Of a stretch of DNA of 37,725 nucleotides, positions 11,622 to 23,770 are shown piece by piece (within the stretch, counting starts at the first letter, position 1; every line of letters starts with the position of its first letter). The stretch comes from Octopus bimaculoides. Its lineage: Eukaryota. Made by a program: the position numbers and the translations under genes. The notes under the pieces are model-generated. The model saw only the letters and a list, made by a program, of their open reading frames with translations, did no database searches and had not been told where the DNA came from. Location: positions 126,563,518 to 126,601,242 of the forward strand of contig NC_068981.1 in assembly GCF_001194135.2 (NCBI RefSeq). The letters run 5' to 3'.

Positions 11622-12204
11622 AATCCCTCTGTAGGTAGAAGGATGGTGCGTGATCACTGAATTGTCGGAAATAGGACCAAAAACCAGTCTAACCATTAGC
11701 CATTTTCTTGTTCTTTTTCTACAGAGACGACAGCGAAAACTTATACAACATACTTAGTGTTTACTTTATCATATACTTACAGTATATCGTCTCATCCTTC
11801 TCAGTTCGGTATTGAACTTACATTGAGGTCGAATTTAATTCTCAAATTTTTATCTAGAATTCTGTGTAGATAAATAAAGTATATTGGGAAGGTTGCTACT
11901 TTGTCATTGCAGTGAGAATTTTTTTTTATACAGATAAAACCTAAGATTTTAGGTGCTAGTGATAACTATTTTTTGTGCCAATAATTTTCTCATAATATTT
12001 GGCCATAATCCTCGTCATCTTACAGGACATATAGCTACATATTTGTTTGAAAGGGATTATCTGATTTAAATGCTTTTCCCTGTTAGCGCAGTGTGTCTAG
12101 CCAAATCGAACTAGGTTCATGAATACGTTGCGATATAATATTACTTCAACATATCAGTACAAGCTTTCTCTTTTCAAATCAAGTTAATAAGGATACGCTA
12201 AAGG

Positions 12205-12300
12205 GTCAGTAGGTCTGCAGGAAATAGCAACCAAATTTCTCTCGAAGGACATTATGTCATTTTAAATAAGGATATGATACATTATATAATGTAGTTTTAT
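12205..12300 (-). mobile_element. Repeat family C fragment
   Basis: gaaatagcaaccaaatttctctcgaa...ataatgtagtt is the reverse complement of the family C body. Confidence 0.45.
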
Positions 12301-12353
12301 GTATCGTTAAAAGATGGGATGAACTCAACGGAAATGACTTTGATAATAAGTCT

Positions 12354-12603
12354 GGCACTCCGTCGGTTACGACAACGAGGGGACCAATTGATCCAATCAA
12401 CGGAACAGCCTGCTCGTGAAATTAACGTGCAAGTGGCTGAGCACTCCACAGACACGTGTACTCTTAACGTAGTTCTTAGGGAAATTCAACGTGACACAGA
12501 ATGTGACAAGGCTGGTCCTTTGAAATACAGGTACAACTCATTTTTGCCAGCAGAGTGGCCTGAAGTAACGTGGAATAAAGGACTACTGTATCAGAGTTGA
12601 ACT
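12354..12603 (-). mobile_element. SINE family D (head missing)
   Basis: gtcggttacgac..cggaacag..tgctcgtgaa..aacgtgcaagt is closely similar to 14470-14730. Confidence 0.8.
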
Positions 12604-13524
12604 TGAGATGAAGAATATTCAAGTAAGAAAAGTAATATTCGTTCATTTTACGCACTGAAGCAATAGACGTATTTGATACACACTTATTAATGATAAGTAT
12701 TTTTCGATAGATGATCAATCTTATCAAATCCAAAGGGTTAAAAAGGAAATTGTGGTCATGACATTTCCAAGGAAATTAAGAGAGTAAATTTTATAGTTCG
12801 TTTCTGTTTCTACATTGCAACTGCCTTCACGTATCTTATTGTTTAAACAGAAGCATTTTCATGAAATTGTATTAAGCTCAGTTTCAAATATCTTATGTAC
12901 TTCATCCTACATTTTCTAGTTCATCCTATACATTGCAATAATAATGAGTCAGCAGAAGTAACATTACTAAATCTGCATCTGAAAACCTACATAGGCCTTA
13001 CATTGCTATGTTTGCATGCAGCCGTTTTCGATAAAGTAGAGAGTTCATTTTTTGAATCAACTGGCGTCAAAGCTGCTATTCCCTGGTAACACACAACGAA
13101 TAACACATGAGCATTGATGAAAACAATATCAACAAACTAATTCTCTCTTAAGTAATAATACAGATATTTCTCATGGACACCTTCACAACAAAACGTTCTA
13201 TAAATTCCTAAGACACAGCTGTTTACTGCGAGAAGAATGCAAACAAAAATAGAAATGTTGGCTGCTTTTGACGGTTTGCGAAATAATAGCTGTCTGTGCC
13301 AAGTGAAATAAAAAACATAAATGATTGCGCATGAAATAGATTGACAAAAAACATATTCTGTGTATTGAAATAGATAAGAGATTGTTACACATATCACAAA
13401 AACAATAGAAAATAAAACTACACACACACATACACACACACACATATACACATACATAAATATACACACAGATACGATAATAGATTTATGTGTGTACGTC
13501 TGTAAGGGTGTGTATTGAATAGAT

Positions 13525-13690
13525 TGTGTTATTTAGCCTCAAGTCAGCTTTGAAGAAGCAGATCAATGATAAAACGGACACTCCAGCATAGCCATATCTT
13601 TTTACTTTTTGTATATCCAGGACTACATTATACAATGAACTTTTCTTTTTTGTGAAAGACGATAGGTATAATCTAAGAGAAATTAATTAG
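13525..13690 (+). mobile_element. Repeat family C copy
   Basis: tttagcctcaagtcagc..gaagcaga..ccaggactacattat..aagacgataggt is homologous to 1955-2115. Confidence 0.5.
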
Positions 13691-14257
13691 GTAGGAATAT
13701 CGAACGAATCGAGCGCCCGTTAGGAGACTGCTCTTGTTCGTTGTGAAACTGTTGCGAGCTATTGGAGCTTAATCAAGCCACAAAAGTTGACTGTGAAATC
13801 GGGAACGGCATGTCATTGCTAATTACAGCCACATTTCGAAGCGTCGTTTCCATTTCTCATTTTGGAGGCATAACTTTAGTTACCGTTGCACATACATGCT
13901 CAGACTATGGAGCGGCAAACGACCGGGTACTTGAAAGACAGTGGTCGAAGCCGTATCGAAACAAAGCCAAATGAATCTTCGGTGAAAGTTCAAATCGTCC
14001 CAGAGCGTTGGAACCGAGTTTAAGTGGATGAAAAATCACACGAATTGTCTTGCATCTATTTCCTTAAAGTTTTCTTTGAGTATAGTGAATGTTAGTTGAC
14101 GAAAGACCCGCAATTCCGAAGGATGGCTTCGAAGAAGTAGTGATTACCTACCTTTCGAAGTAGCATGATGAAACGTTACAAGTTCAAGAGATACTATATA
14201 CCCTATCGACGTTGGCACCATTCTCAAATTTGTTATTAAAATACACACGCATAGTAT

Positions 14258-14465
14258 CTGTCTATCTATCTATCTATCTATCTATCTACCTATCTGTCTA
14301 TCCCTTTGTCTGTCCATCCATCCATCCATCCATCCATCCATCCATCCATCCATCCAAAACCCACCCACCTACCTACTTACCTACAGCTTCCTACCTACCT
14401 ACCTACCTAACTACCTACCTACCTACCTACCTACCTACATACATACATACTTACCTACCTATCTA
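14258..14465. repeat. Compound tetranucleotide microsatellite (CTAT/CCAT/CCTA)
   Basis: Visible tandem units. Confidence 0.95.
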
Positions 14466-14469
14466 TGGC

Positions 14470-14836
14470 TGACTGGCTCTTGTCGGTTACGACGACGAGT
14501 GCTGCAGCTGATTCGATCAGCGGAACAGTCTGCTCGTGAAATGAACGTGCAAGTACCTGAGTAGACAACAGACACGCGTAGTCTTTAACATAGTTCTCAG
14601 GGAGAACTACGTTGCATTTAACGTAGTTCTCAGGGAGATTCAACATGACACTGAAAAAGAGAAGGCTGCACCTTTGAATGACAAGTACAAACCATTCTTG
14701 TCAGCTGAATGAACTGGAGTAACGAGAAATAAAGCGTCTTGTTCAAGGACGCTTTATTGTTCCGCGCCACGGAAATCGAACTCGCGACCTTATGATCGTA
14801 AGCCGAATATCCTAATCACTAAGCCACGTGTCTTCA
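14470..14836 (-). mobile_element. SINE family D, near full length
   Basis: The minus strand starts with a tRNA-like head (gtggcttagtgattagg..gagttcgatt) followed by a ttgaacaagacgctttattt core; body matches 12354-12603. Confidence 0.85.
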
Positions 14837-15169
14837 CATATATGAATGAATGAATGTATGTATACATCTGTATGTATATGAGCGTTTGTGTGTGTGTGTG
14901 TGTGTGTGTGTTTGTGTGAGTGAGCATGTGATAGAGTGAGTGAAGGAGTGTGTGTGTATGTGAGTGAGTGTGACTGGTGAGTGAGCGAGTACGGTACAGN
15001 NNNNNNNNNNNNNNNNNNNNNNNNNNNNNNNNNNNNNNNNNNNNNNNNNNNNNNNNNNNNNNNNNNNNNNNNNNNNNNNNNNNNNNNNNNNNNNNNNNNN
15101 NNNNNNNNNNNNNNNNNNNNNTTTTCAAGCAGAACGCTAAAAATTGTTTACTTGCAGATACGTGATATA

Positions 15170-15372
15170 AATATTGGTTTCAAATTGTGGCTCGAGGCCA
15201 ACAATTTAGGAGGAAGGATTAATTCGATTGCACCGAAGCCAGTGCTCAACTGGTACTATTTTATCGACCCGGAAAGTATGAAAGGTAAAGTCGACCTCAG
15301 AGGATTGGAACCCGGAACGTAAAGACAGACGATATGCCGCTAAACATTTTCCCCGGCGTACTAACGATTGTG
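15170..15372 (-). mobile_element. SINE family B
   Basis: Reverse-complement homology to 15396-15612 and 25104-25320. Confidence 0.8.
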
Positions 15373-15395
15373 GTATAAAGAGTATTTATATATGG

Positions 15396-15612
15396 CAGGC
15401 AGTGAGTTGGCAGAATCGTTAACACGCCGGGAAAAATGCTTAGCGGCGTTTTGTCTGCTTTCATGTTCTGAGTTCAAATTCCGCTGAGGTCAGTTTTGCC
15501 TTTCATCTTCTCGAGGTCGGTAAAATAAGTACCAGTTGAACACTGGAGCCGATGTAATCAACCTGCCCCCTCCTCCGAACTTGCTGGCCTTGTGCCAAAA
15601 CTTGAAATCAGT
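15396..15612 (+). mobile_element. SINE family B
   Basis: tggcagaatcgtt (A-box-like), gagttcaaattcc (B box), aaataagtaccagttg..cactgg body. Confidence 0.85.
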
Positions 15613-16099
15613 ATTTATATGTGGTGTAAATATGGTGATTGAAAGTTGTGACATGGTGTGAAAATAATTTGTTTCAATTCTGCCTGAGGTAAAAGCAGAA
15701 ACAATGTTGTGCATAGAATCATAACAGAAGCAATCAGTAGTATGGTTAGTAGATGTGGTTTCACATAAAGACAAGCCTCTTACTAATGTAATTGTAACAT
15801 AAAGTTGTGCCGTTGGTTTTCACATATTCTGAAGAATATTTTAAAAGCATTAAAAATACCAGATTAGCATAATTTCATTGCCGAAGCATGTTTTCTGTTG
15901 AAACTGTTAACTATTTATCATGTGAAAACGTGTTGTTGAATAGAGGATGGAGGGTTGTGGACGCTGATTGTGTGATGGATGTTAAGTAAACGAACAAGGA
16001 AGACGTTAATCAGTCACTCACTGAGCTAACTGTCTAGGATAATATGAGGAGAAACCAGTTGCTGCTAGGGTAGTCAGCATAAAACTACGTTGGTACTGA

Positions 16100-16530
16100 A
16101 AACGAGAGTTGCTGTGCAATAGAGATATAGGATACGTATTGTCTTGATTAGGCAGTGATCAGGCCATCCAAGAAGGCAGAGACGGAGGCAAATATGTAAA
16201 GGATGTATTTAAAGTTGAAAAAATTTAACAGTGTCTGGAATCGGGGCGTGTCGGTATTGACTACAAATGCAGCAGGATATTTATTTGTGTACATAATACA
16301 GAATTATCTTATGGCTGCTCGACCAGGGCGGTTATGTGTAATGAAGTCACCGAGGATAACTTCAGGGGGAAATGAAAGCATATAGATTCCCCTAATACAA
16401 AATGAAAGATAAAAAATTTGTTGGTGACTAGAGGTGTTCGGTAAGCGGTAGAGACAACAGATAATCATAGAGGAACATTTGTGTGTACGTGATGCAGACA
16501 TCAAATTCCGAGAGTTGTTGGAATGTAGAG
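16100..16530 (-). mobile_element. Degenerate LINE apurinic-endonuclease (APE) domain
   Basis: Minus translation IICCLYRLPN, VILGDFITHN, WPDHCLI matches the YRPP, GDFN and SDH motifs of the APE domain in order. Confidence 0.6.
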
Positions 16531-17408
16531 TATTGCTGGAGGTTACAGTCAGAGAATACGATATTTGTGTCTCAATGAGGAACAGGATGTAAAGTTGTCA
16601 TTGTTATTCGGACTTCGAATTTTGTAGGTGAAGCTGGAATGCTATTTAACGGTTAATGTGACTATGAGACATTCTTAAGTTGCGTTAACCTTCACAAGAT
16701 TTTGTGAAGGTTAACTGAAACTTTTTAAGCAATCCTTTTATGAGTCTCAGAAATGTCAGCGAAAATGGAGTCTCGTAATAGTGAACGAAACAAATTATAT
16801 AATATTTATATCGAAAATATAGCAATGAAACTTCTTCCAAAACGTTAGGTTCTGGAAATTTATTCTTTTTATTTACAGATTTCCATTTCAGACTTAGAAT
16901 ACCAAATACATCTGACGTAAACTTGACGTAATGCATAATTATAACGACCCATACATTTTGAAGAGCAAATAAAATATTTAGACAATTTTGTAGCGATGCT
17001 TAATGAGGCTATCAATCATAAGTGTTAGATAAAATAAAAAGGTAGTCGTTAACAATCAACTACGTTTTTTTAATCATGTGACGTGGGTGTGAGGAAGCAG
17101 TGAGGTCAGCTATATGGTTATATAGAACTACAAACACACAAATAAGATACGGAAGCATCAGATACACACATACGCGCACAAACACACACAGACACGCTCG
17201 GACGCACACACAAACCTCATATATAGTTATATTAGTTAACGTTCCAACAAATGATTCATACAAAGCATATGCGTGTCTGTGTATGCACATATGAAAAGTT
17301 TCATATGTGAATATCCGAATTTATAAATAAATCGTGTATATATATATANNNNNNNNNNNNNNNNNNNNNNNNNNNNNNNNNNTATATATGTATATATACA
17401 TATATATT

Positions 17409-18750
17409 CAGGGGTTGGACAAAATAATGGAAACACCTTAAAATTTCAAACAAATTTATTTTAATATGGAGTAGGACCACCTTTGGCAGAAATTACATCT
17501 TGAATTCTATAAGCTATCGATTCGTACAAAGTTTAAATTGTTTCCAAAGGAATTTTTGTTCCTTATTTAGCTAAAACAGTCTCCAGTTCTTGTAGAATCT
17601 CCAGTTCTTGTAGAGTCTCCAGTTCTTGTAGAGTCTCCAGTTCTTGTAGATATCGACTCCTTACTTGTTTTTCTAAAATGCACCATAAATGTTCGATAAT
17701 ATTGAGATCTGTGGACTGTGGTGGCCAGATAACATGTTCAACTTCACTAAAATGTTCCTTGTGCCATTCAGTAACAACTTCGGCTGTGTGAATTGGTGCA
17801 TTATCATCCTGAAAGACTGCGTTTGTCTCTGGAAACAGTTCCTCAACCATAGGATAAATTTGATCAGATAAAATGCTGAAATAGTCTTGATTATTAATTC
17901 TGCCATGAAGGGAAACCATTGGGCCGGCGGATTTCCAAGATATAGCCCCCCCCCCCCAGATTATCACAGATCCTCCTCCATGTTTAACAGGTGGAAGAAG
18001 GCAGTCAGGGTCAAATGCTTCTTTTGGCTGTCTCCACACGCATACTAGGCTGGTGGTCGGGAATAAGGTAAAGGATGACTCATCCGAGAAAATAACATTC
18101 CTCCACTGCTCTAGGAACCAATTCTGTTTGTTTTTGAAAGTAGCGGTTTTCAAATTGCAGCCCTCTCGTGAAATCCGGCTTTGTGCGGCTCCCGGAGAAC
18201 AGTTTTTGTGGAAACTGGGTTCTCGAGGTGGTCATTAAGCTCTGCAGTAATTTTGGGAGCTGTACTTTTGTGATCCTTTCTAACAATTTGCATAAGAGTT
18301 CAACGGTCTTTATCTGAAAGTTTTGGTTTTCTTCCGAAGTTTTGTTTCGACGAGGAGGTTTTTCCCTCTTTCTCAAAGGCTGTCGTTACGTTCGAGACAG
18401 TNNNNNNNNNNAGGAGGTTTTTCCCTCTTTCTCAAAGGCTGTCGTTACGTTCGAGACAGTACTTCTTGATGCACCAAATATTTCGGCTGTTTTCGTTACG
18501 CAAGCGACTGCCATGCGAGCAACAACAATTTGACTTCTTTGAATGTCCGATAGATCTGTCATTTTAATGAATTTTAATTAACTTTTTCTGATGATATCTG
18601 AAAAGAAACAGCAATTTTAGCAGAACATATTAAGGAACAGTAATGATAAATAAAAAAAAACATAAAAATAAACAACCTTTTGACCGTTATATAGATATTT
18701 CAAAATTATGATACTATGATGCTAGGTGTTTCCATTATTTTGTCCAATTC

Positions 18751-18753
<3 letters not shown>
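17409..18753 (-). mobile_element. Tc1/mariner transposon with 30-bp TIRs
   Basis: caggggttggacaaaataatggaaacacct (17409-17438) and aggtgtttccattattttgtccaattcctg (18724-18753), 2 mismatches; inserted in a (TA)n tract. Confidence 0.95.
17563..18380 (-). pseudogene. Tc1-like transposase, disrupted, DD36E catalytic spacing
   Basis: NVIFSDES, KHGGGSV, FQDDNAPIH, WPPQSTDLNIIEHLW. The HTH region (GRKPKLS.. KTVLRELHKAG) lies in another frame; premature stop after the LQELET repeats. Confidence 0.92.
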
Positions 18754-18754
<1 letters not shown>

Positions 18755-18791
<37 letters not shown>

Positions 18792-19005
18792 CGTGTGTGT
18801 GTACATATATACATATATGTATTCGTGTGTATATATATATATATATATACATACATTATGCATGTATGTATGTGCCTGTGTCTCTGTGTGTCTGTGAGTG
18901 TGTGTGTATGTATGTATGTATGTATATATGTATATATGTATGTATGTATGTATGTATTATGCATGTATGTACGAATGTATGTATGTATGTATGTATGTAT
19001 GTACG
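18755..19005. repeat. Compound TA/TG/TATG microsatellite
   Basis: Visible tandem units. Confidence 0.95.
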
Positions 19006-19587
19006 CTAAGATTAACGTTCAGAAATTAATGAGAATATTTTCACTCTGAAGAATTTGACAGACAGTTGGAAATGATTTCATCACCAGTCATCTCTTTTTA
19101 TGAAGACTGTTTAGCTAGCATTTTTCTTCTTTACTTGCCATCTTTTTATATAGATAGTTTACGTCATTCCTTCCAGATGCCGCAGATGCTGTTTTTGTTT
19201 TAATCCCAGCAAGATAATTTTAGCAGCATTTTCATTGAAAAAAATAAAGCCCCTATTTAATTTGTTCTTCCATACTAACTGGCATAAGACCTGGCTGAGT
19301 TGTAAGAACGTCGGTTAGACTATTTTGCAAGATTTATTCCAGCTCTCTACACACTGAGTTCAAATCATCCCGAGGTCAATATTACCGTTTATTCTCACAG
19401 GTTCGACAAATAAAATGACAGTCAACGTCGTTGAATTGGCGGAAGGTATAGAACGTCTCACGAGATTCCTTTTGGTACATTCTATTCTGAATTGAAATTT
19501 CACAACAGTATTAATATCACACCAACGAGACAACTTTTGGTTACGAAAGCTGCGATAGTTGGAGAAGCATTTCTTGCAAGGAGAACT

Positions 19588-19755
19588 TGCTAAAAATAGC
19601 AGTCAACTCTCCTTCGTTGCACAGAGTTGAAAAACGAGAACTCATTGGATAAAATAGTTCTAGATACATCCGACGGCAGAGAACACCTATGAAATGGTCA
19701 CAAATGGAATACATTTGGTAATATATCTACTCTTTCAGGAATGACTTGGTCTAAC
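19588..19755 (-). mobile_element. Repeat family C copy (degenerate)
   Basis: gctaaaaatagcagtcaa..cattggataaaatagtt..atggtcacaaatggaat is the reverse complement of the family C pattern. Confidence 0.45.
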
Positions 19756-19837
19756 ATCATCATCACACACATACACGCACACACATCTGTGCATGTTTGT
19801 GTGTATATATACATACACACACACATACACACACACA

Positions 19838-19876
<39 letters not shown>

Positions 19877-20119
19877 GCTTAAAAGAGTTCCAACACTGTC
19901 TGTTTTTTATGTTTTATTTATATTCCTGCAGAACTAATGTGGGGTATAGAATATGGAATATACAATATATAATATGATATACAATATACAATATAAAATA
20001 AAATAAAATAAAATAAAAATGGATGGCACCATGAAAGAAAGTATTGAATGTAGATGAAATATTGAGTGTTCAATATAAAGGATCAAATATATAAATATAT
20101 AAATATATATATATAAAAA

Positions 20120-20159
20120 GGCGACTCGAGTTTCAGGGCTATTTCCCTTCGTCATGGCC
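20120..20159 (-). ncRNA. Minimal type I hammerhead ribozyme motif with a one-base core insertion
   Basis: Minus strand GGC-C(A)TGACGA-AGGG aaatag CCCT-GAAA-C TCGA G-TC-GCC: palindromic ACTCGAGT stem III, GUC triplet. Confidence 0.65.
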
Positions 20160-20228
20160 GGTATGACAGACTTTATATATGCATATGTGTATATATATAT
20201 AGATATATATATTAATAGTTATATACAC

Positions 20229-20265
<37 letters not shown>

Positions 20266-20379
20266 TTCATATACAGAAGTTCAAGGTCAAATAAAGAAAT
20301 TGACAACCAACAATATCAAATAAGAGAGTTTATGGATAATCACAGTGACAACAACATCCCATATGGAGGAGAAACGGTT

Positions 20380-20470
20380 CTGGCTTCACTTGAATACATA
20401 GCAACATGGGCTGCAATGGTTTAAGCTAAATAAATCTAGAAGTATAGTGATCAGGAAAGATAAGCTAACA
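20380..20470 (+). mobile_element. Possible short RT fragment of an RLE-type LINE
   Basis: Frameshifted ATWAAM..KSRSIVIRKDK resembles W.RMKFKP.KSRSLV.KKGK; short. Confidence 0.3.
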
Positions 20471-20540
20471 AACAAGACAAGTTTCATGTGCAAGGAAATG
20501 CTATTCCATAGATAGAGTAAACATATTCACATATGTGCGC

Positions 20541-20613
<73 letters not shown>
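20541..20613. repeat. (GATA)n microsatellite
   Basis: Visible tandem units. Confidence 0.97.
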
Positions 20614-20614
<1 letters not shown>

Positions 20615-20929
20615 GCATGTATGTGCGTATATGACCACCAAAACTGAACAACCAATCCACCAAAATGCACACTCAATTTGACGCTCTCTTGAGCATTGTC
20701 ATCGAAGGATTCCTAAATATAGTCAACAATTCTTGGTTTTCAAATAGTATAGATAACGAAACAGGTAACGGATCAGTAGAGCTAAACCTTCTTTATATCC
20801 TAAACAATCCTCATTAATGTACATACATAGCTCCCCAAGCCACGTAAAACACCTCTTCTTCAGACATCTAGCTACCATAACCATGTAGCAAGCAATTCCC
20901 TCAAATTCTTATCAGTTATAATCACAACA

Positions 20930-20970
<41 letters not shown>

Positions 20971-21739
20971 CAACGAAGAAAGCAAAAACTTTTACAAACT
21001 AAAAAAAAACAATAACTTAGATTGAATTCCATCAATGTTTTAAGGATTTAACAATATCGCAACCATCTAAATAGAACAACTGACAAAATAATTGTAAAGC
21101 CATCTAAAAAAATATGTCATAAAGCAATATAAAAAATTGCAACCCACTTATACACCAGAAATAGAAACCTCATAAAAACTAGAGATAGAATCAAACATAA
21201 CTTACCAAAATCACACATAAGCACAATGTAATCCAAGAACAAATGGCTAAACAAGGAAATAATAAAAAGTACATAAGTAGAAAGAAACAATAGAAAAAAA
21301 GAAATGGTACAGAATTGAATCCGATAGAAAACACAAAACAAAGCACTGAAATGCTATTTCGAGTAAATTAGCAGACCACTAACAATAACAATGGTCACAC
21401 CACACCATGTAACAATAACAATCTCAAATAATATATCCACTTTGCAGCATTCAACAAGCGCTCCGATCAAATATGTCTGGAAGATAAGCTACCAAGAAGC
21501 AATCATGGAAAACAAAACAAAAATATTCACCTTTCACTTGCGCCAAGATATTCATTTCCGCCTTCTATTAGTCACCTACAAAGGAAAAAGAAATTTAAAC
21601 ATTCAAAAGCTCTACAATAGACAAAATATAAAATAGACATTTTATGAATACCCAGGCTCGAAGGAATCACTACCCATACAAATATCTACAACTGTTCCTA
21701 CTGACACTGTAAAATTCCCAAAACCGAGATACGTGGCGA

Positions 21740-22560
21740 AATTACGACACGATTCTAAAGCCCAATAACTACCCGAATCAAGTAACACAATGCAGACCCA
21801 CCTCCTTTCTATATACACCTTTGAGAATTCTTGCACGGTCAACCCTTTGAACCACTTACATGCACACACGCCTCTCAAAATACAACACAAATTCAGACCT
21901 GACATTAAACAACCTCATTCCTTAAAAAATGTAGCATAAAAATTCACGTTGGCTTTGACAGCAAAATCCTTCAATACATACCATTTTAATTATCATCAAC
22001 ATTGACAAAGCTTTAAACTCCTCTTCCTATTATCAACTCGTAGTAAAAAAACAAAAACGTTCAATGCTACCTTAAGAAATAACACAAAATGTAGCTATGT
22101 CTTCTTCAGAGAGATCCTCTTTGCTCTGTAAATAATTTTGCAAATGTAGCTATGTCTTCTTCAGAGAGGATCTCTCTGAAGAAGACATAAGAAATAACAC
22201 AAAATAATAGCTAACTACCCGTTAGGTTGCCAAACGTACCTTGTGTATGAGAGCATCAATCCCAGAACTTGGAAGATTCGTCCTCTCACTTGTTCAACTT
22301 ACACCTACACAGACTTTCCATGTATCTACGAATCATGCACTTAACCTTATACGTAGATGAACTCGTACTTATAACCTCTCAACATTCTCTGAATACTTCT
22401 AGACAACTACATCAAAACTATTAAATCATCCAACTAGAAAAATTAGCTCCGCAACAAGAAGCTTAAACAGTCCCAACCAAACCCATCCTTTTTACCAGCA
22501 ATACCATTAGACACCTTGGTCAGGGCTAGCCCTGGACATTCCAAAAGCAGCCGTGGTAAA
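21740..22560 (+). mobile_element. Degenerate LINE reverse transcriptase
   Basis: Ordered remnants KPNNY..RPTSFL (P.NYRPISL), QHKFRP (Q.GFR), LFNLHLHRL (LFNLY), TLYVDELVL (LYADD), IRHLG; heavily disrupted. Confidence 0.55.
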
Positions 22561-22567
22561 GGCATCA

Positions 22568-22722
22568 ACAACAGTAGCAGCAGCAGCGGCAGCAGAAGTA
22601 TCAGCAACAACAGCAACAACAACAACTACAACACCAACAATAACAACAATAATTACAGTAGCAACTGCCACAGTAAGACAGCACTACCAACAACAGCAAC
22701 AATAGCAACAACAACAACAACG
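22568..22722. repeat. Cryptic trinucleotide repeat (AGC/AAC/AAT)
   Basis: Visible mixed triplet units. Confidence 0.9.
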
Positions 22723-23419
22723 CTTTCAAAATTCGTGGCATTTTGATGATAGAATTGTTGCTATAACCTGTCAGGCGATTCGTTGAGAAGTCTTGGATAT
22801 AAATCAAGGGAATTCTGAGGTTTCTTGAAGGAACGTTTAAGTGGGAATCGTATGCCCTCCTAGATTGCAGTATGTTGCGCACACCCATCGATTGCCCCAT
22901 CAACCACATGGCTGAGCGATGTGCTTCTGGGCTTACGTGATGTACTGCAGAGAATTGATTAACGCGGTAGGTTTTATGAATTGGCAGCGCTATCCGTAAC
23001 CTACACTTCTAGGTAAATAAACAGTTTGTCTGCTATAAAATATCTGGAGAAATATCTTGCCAGACTACTGAAGATTTTCATCGCGTGAAACTGTTCTGCT
23101 ATAGTGGGATCTATATGCAAAACAGTTCTCAAATTGTGTACATTAATATTCCTAATCTTGGTATCCCGCAGTAGCTTAGATTCTATTTATCAGTTGGAGA
23201 AATTATATAAAAATGTGGCAGACAACTTAGACCAAAGAGTGGAATTTCTGAGGTCTGTCATATGGTGCCTGGAATACCTGTGTACGCTATGCGATAATAG
23301 ATAAGCATGAGTGTCTAGAGGGTCTGGCTTCAAAAGTTTAGCATACAAGAAAAAGAGACAAGAAGCATGAAAGACAGAGTCGAATTCTAACATATGTGTG
23401 TGTGTGTGTGTGTGTGTGT

Positions 23420-23460
<41 letters not shown>

Positions 23461-23554
23461 CATATGCACAGACAATCATGCATACATCTACATTCACATA
23501 CATATCTGTAAACGGACATATATATAAAACATCCACCCCATACATACATACACA

Positions 23555-23770
23555 CGAGGGGTGCTGAAAAATTTTTGATTTCGGGTAAAAGAAAATACAG
23601 GTGGATGAGTTGATTATTATTTTATTCAACATATTCCCCTCTCAGATTCACACATTGATTGCAGCGGTCTTTCAGTTTTTCTAAGCCCTGTAAAAGAATT
23701 CGGAACATTGGGCCTTCAACGAGACCTTTTGAGATACCCTTAAATCCAGGGACTTTTCAGCACCCACTCG
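23555..23770. mobile_element. Mariner-type MITE (about 216 bp)
   Basis: TIRs cgaggggtgctgaaaa (from 23555) and cttttcagcacccactcg (to 23770); TA on the right, CA on the left; no ORF. Confidence 0.75.

Noticed and set aside
13700-14200. CpG-richer non-repetitive segment with short open frames
   Set aside because: No recognisable motif or splice-bounded frame.
18353-18460. 49-bp direct duplication around a 10-N gap inside the Tc1 element
   Set aside because: Typical unmerged contig overlap, so an assembly artefact rather than biology.
23104-23304. 66-aa ORF with a hydrophobic N-terminus resembling a secreted peptide
   Set aside because: GTG start only. Neighbouring frames weakly resemble the 3' end of an RLE-type LINE (RRFVEKS, SAIVGS), and there is no independent support.
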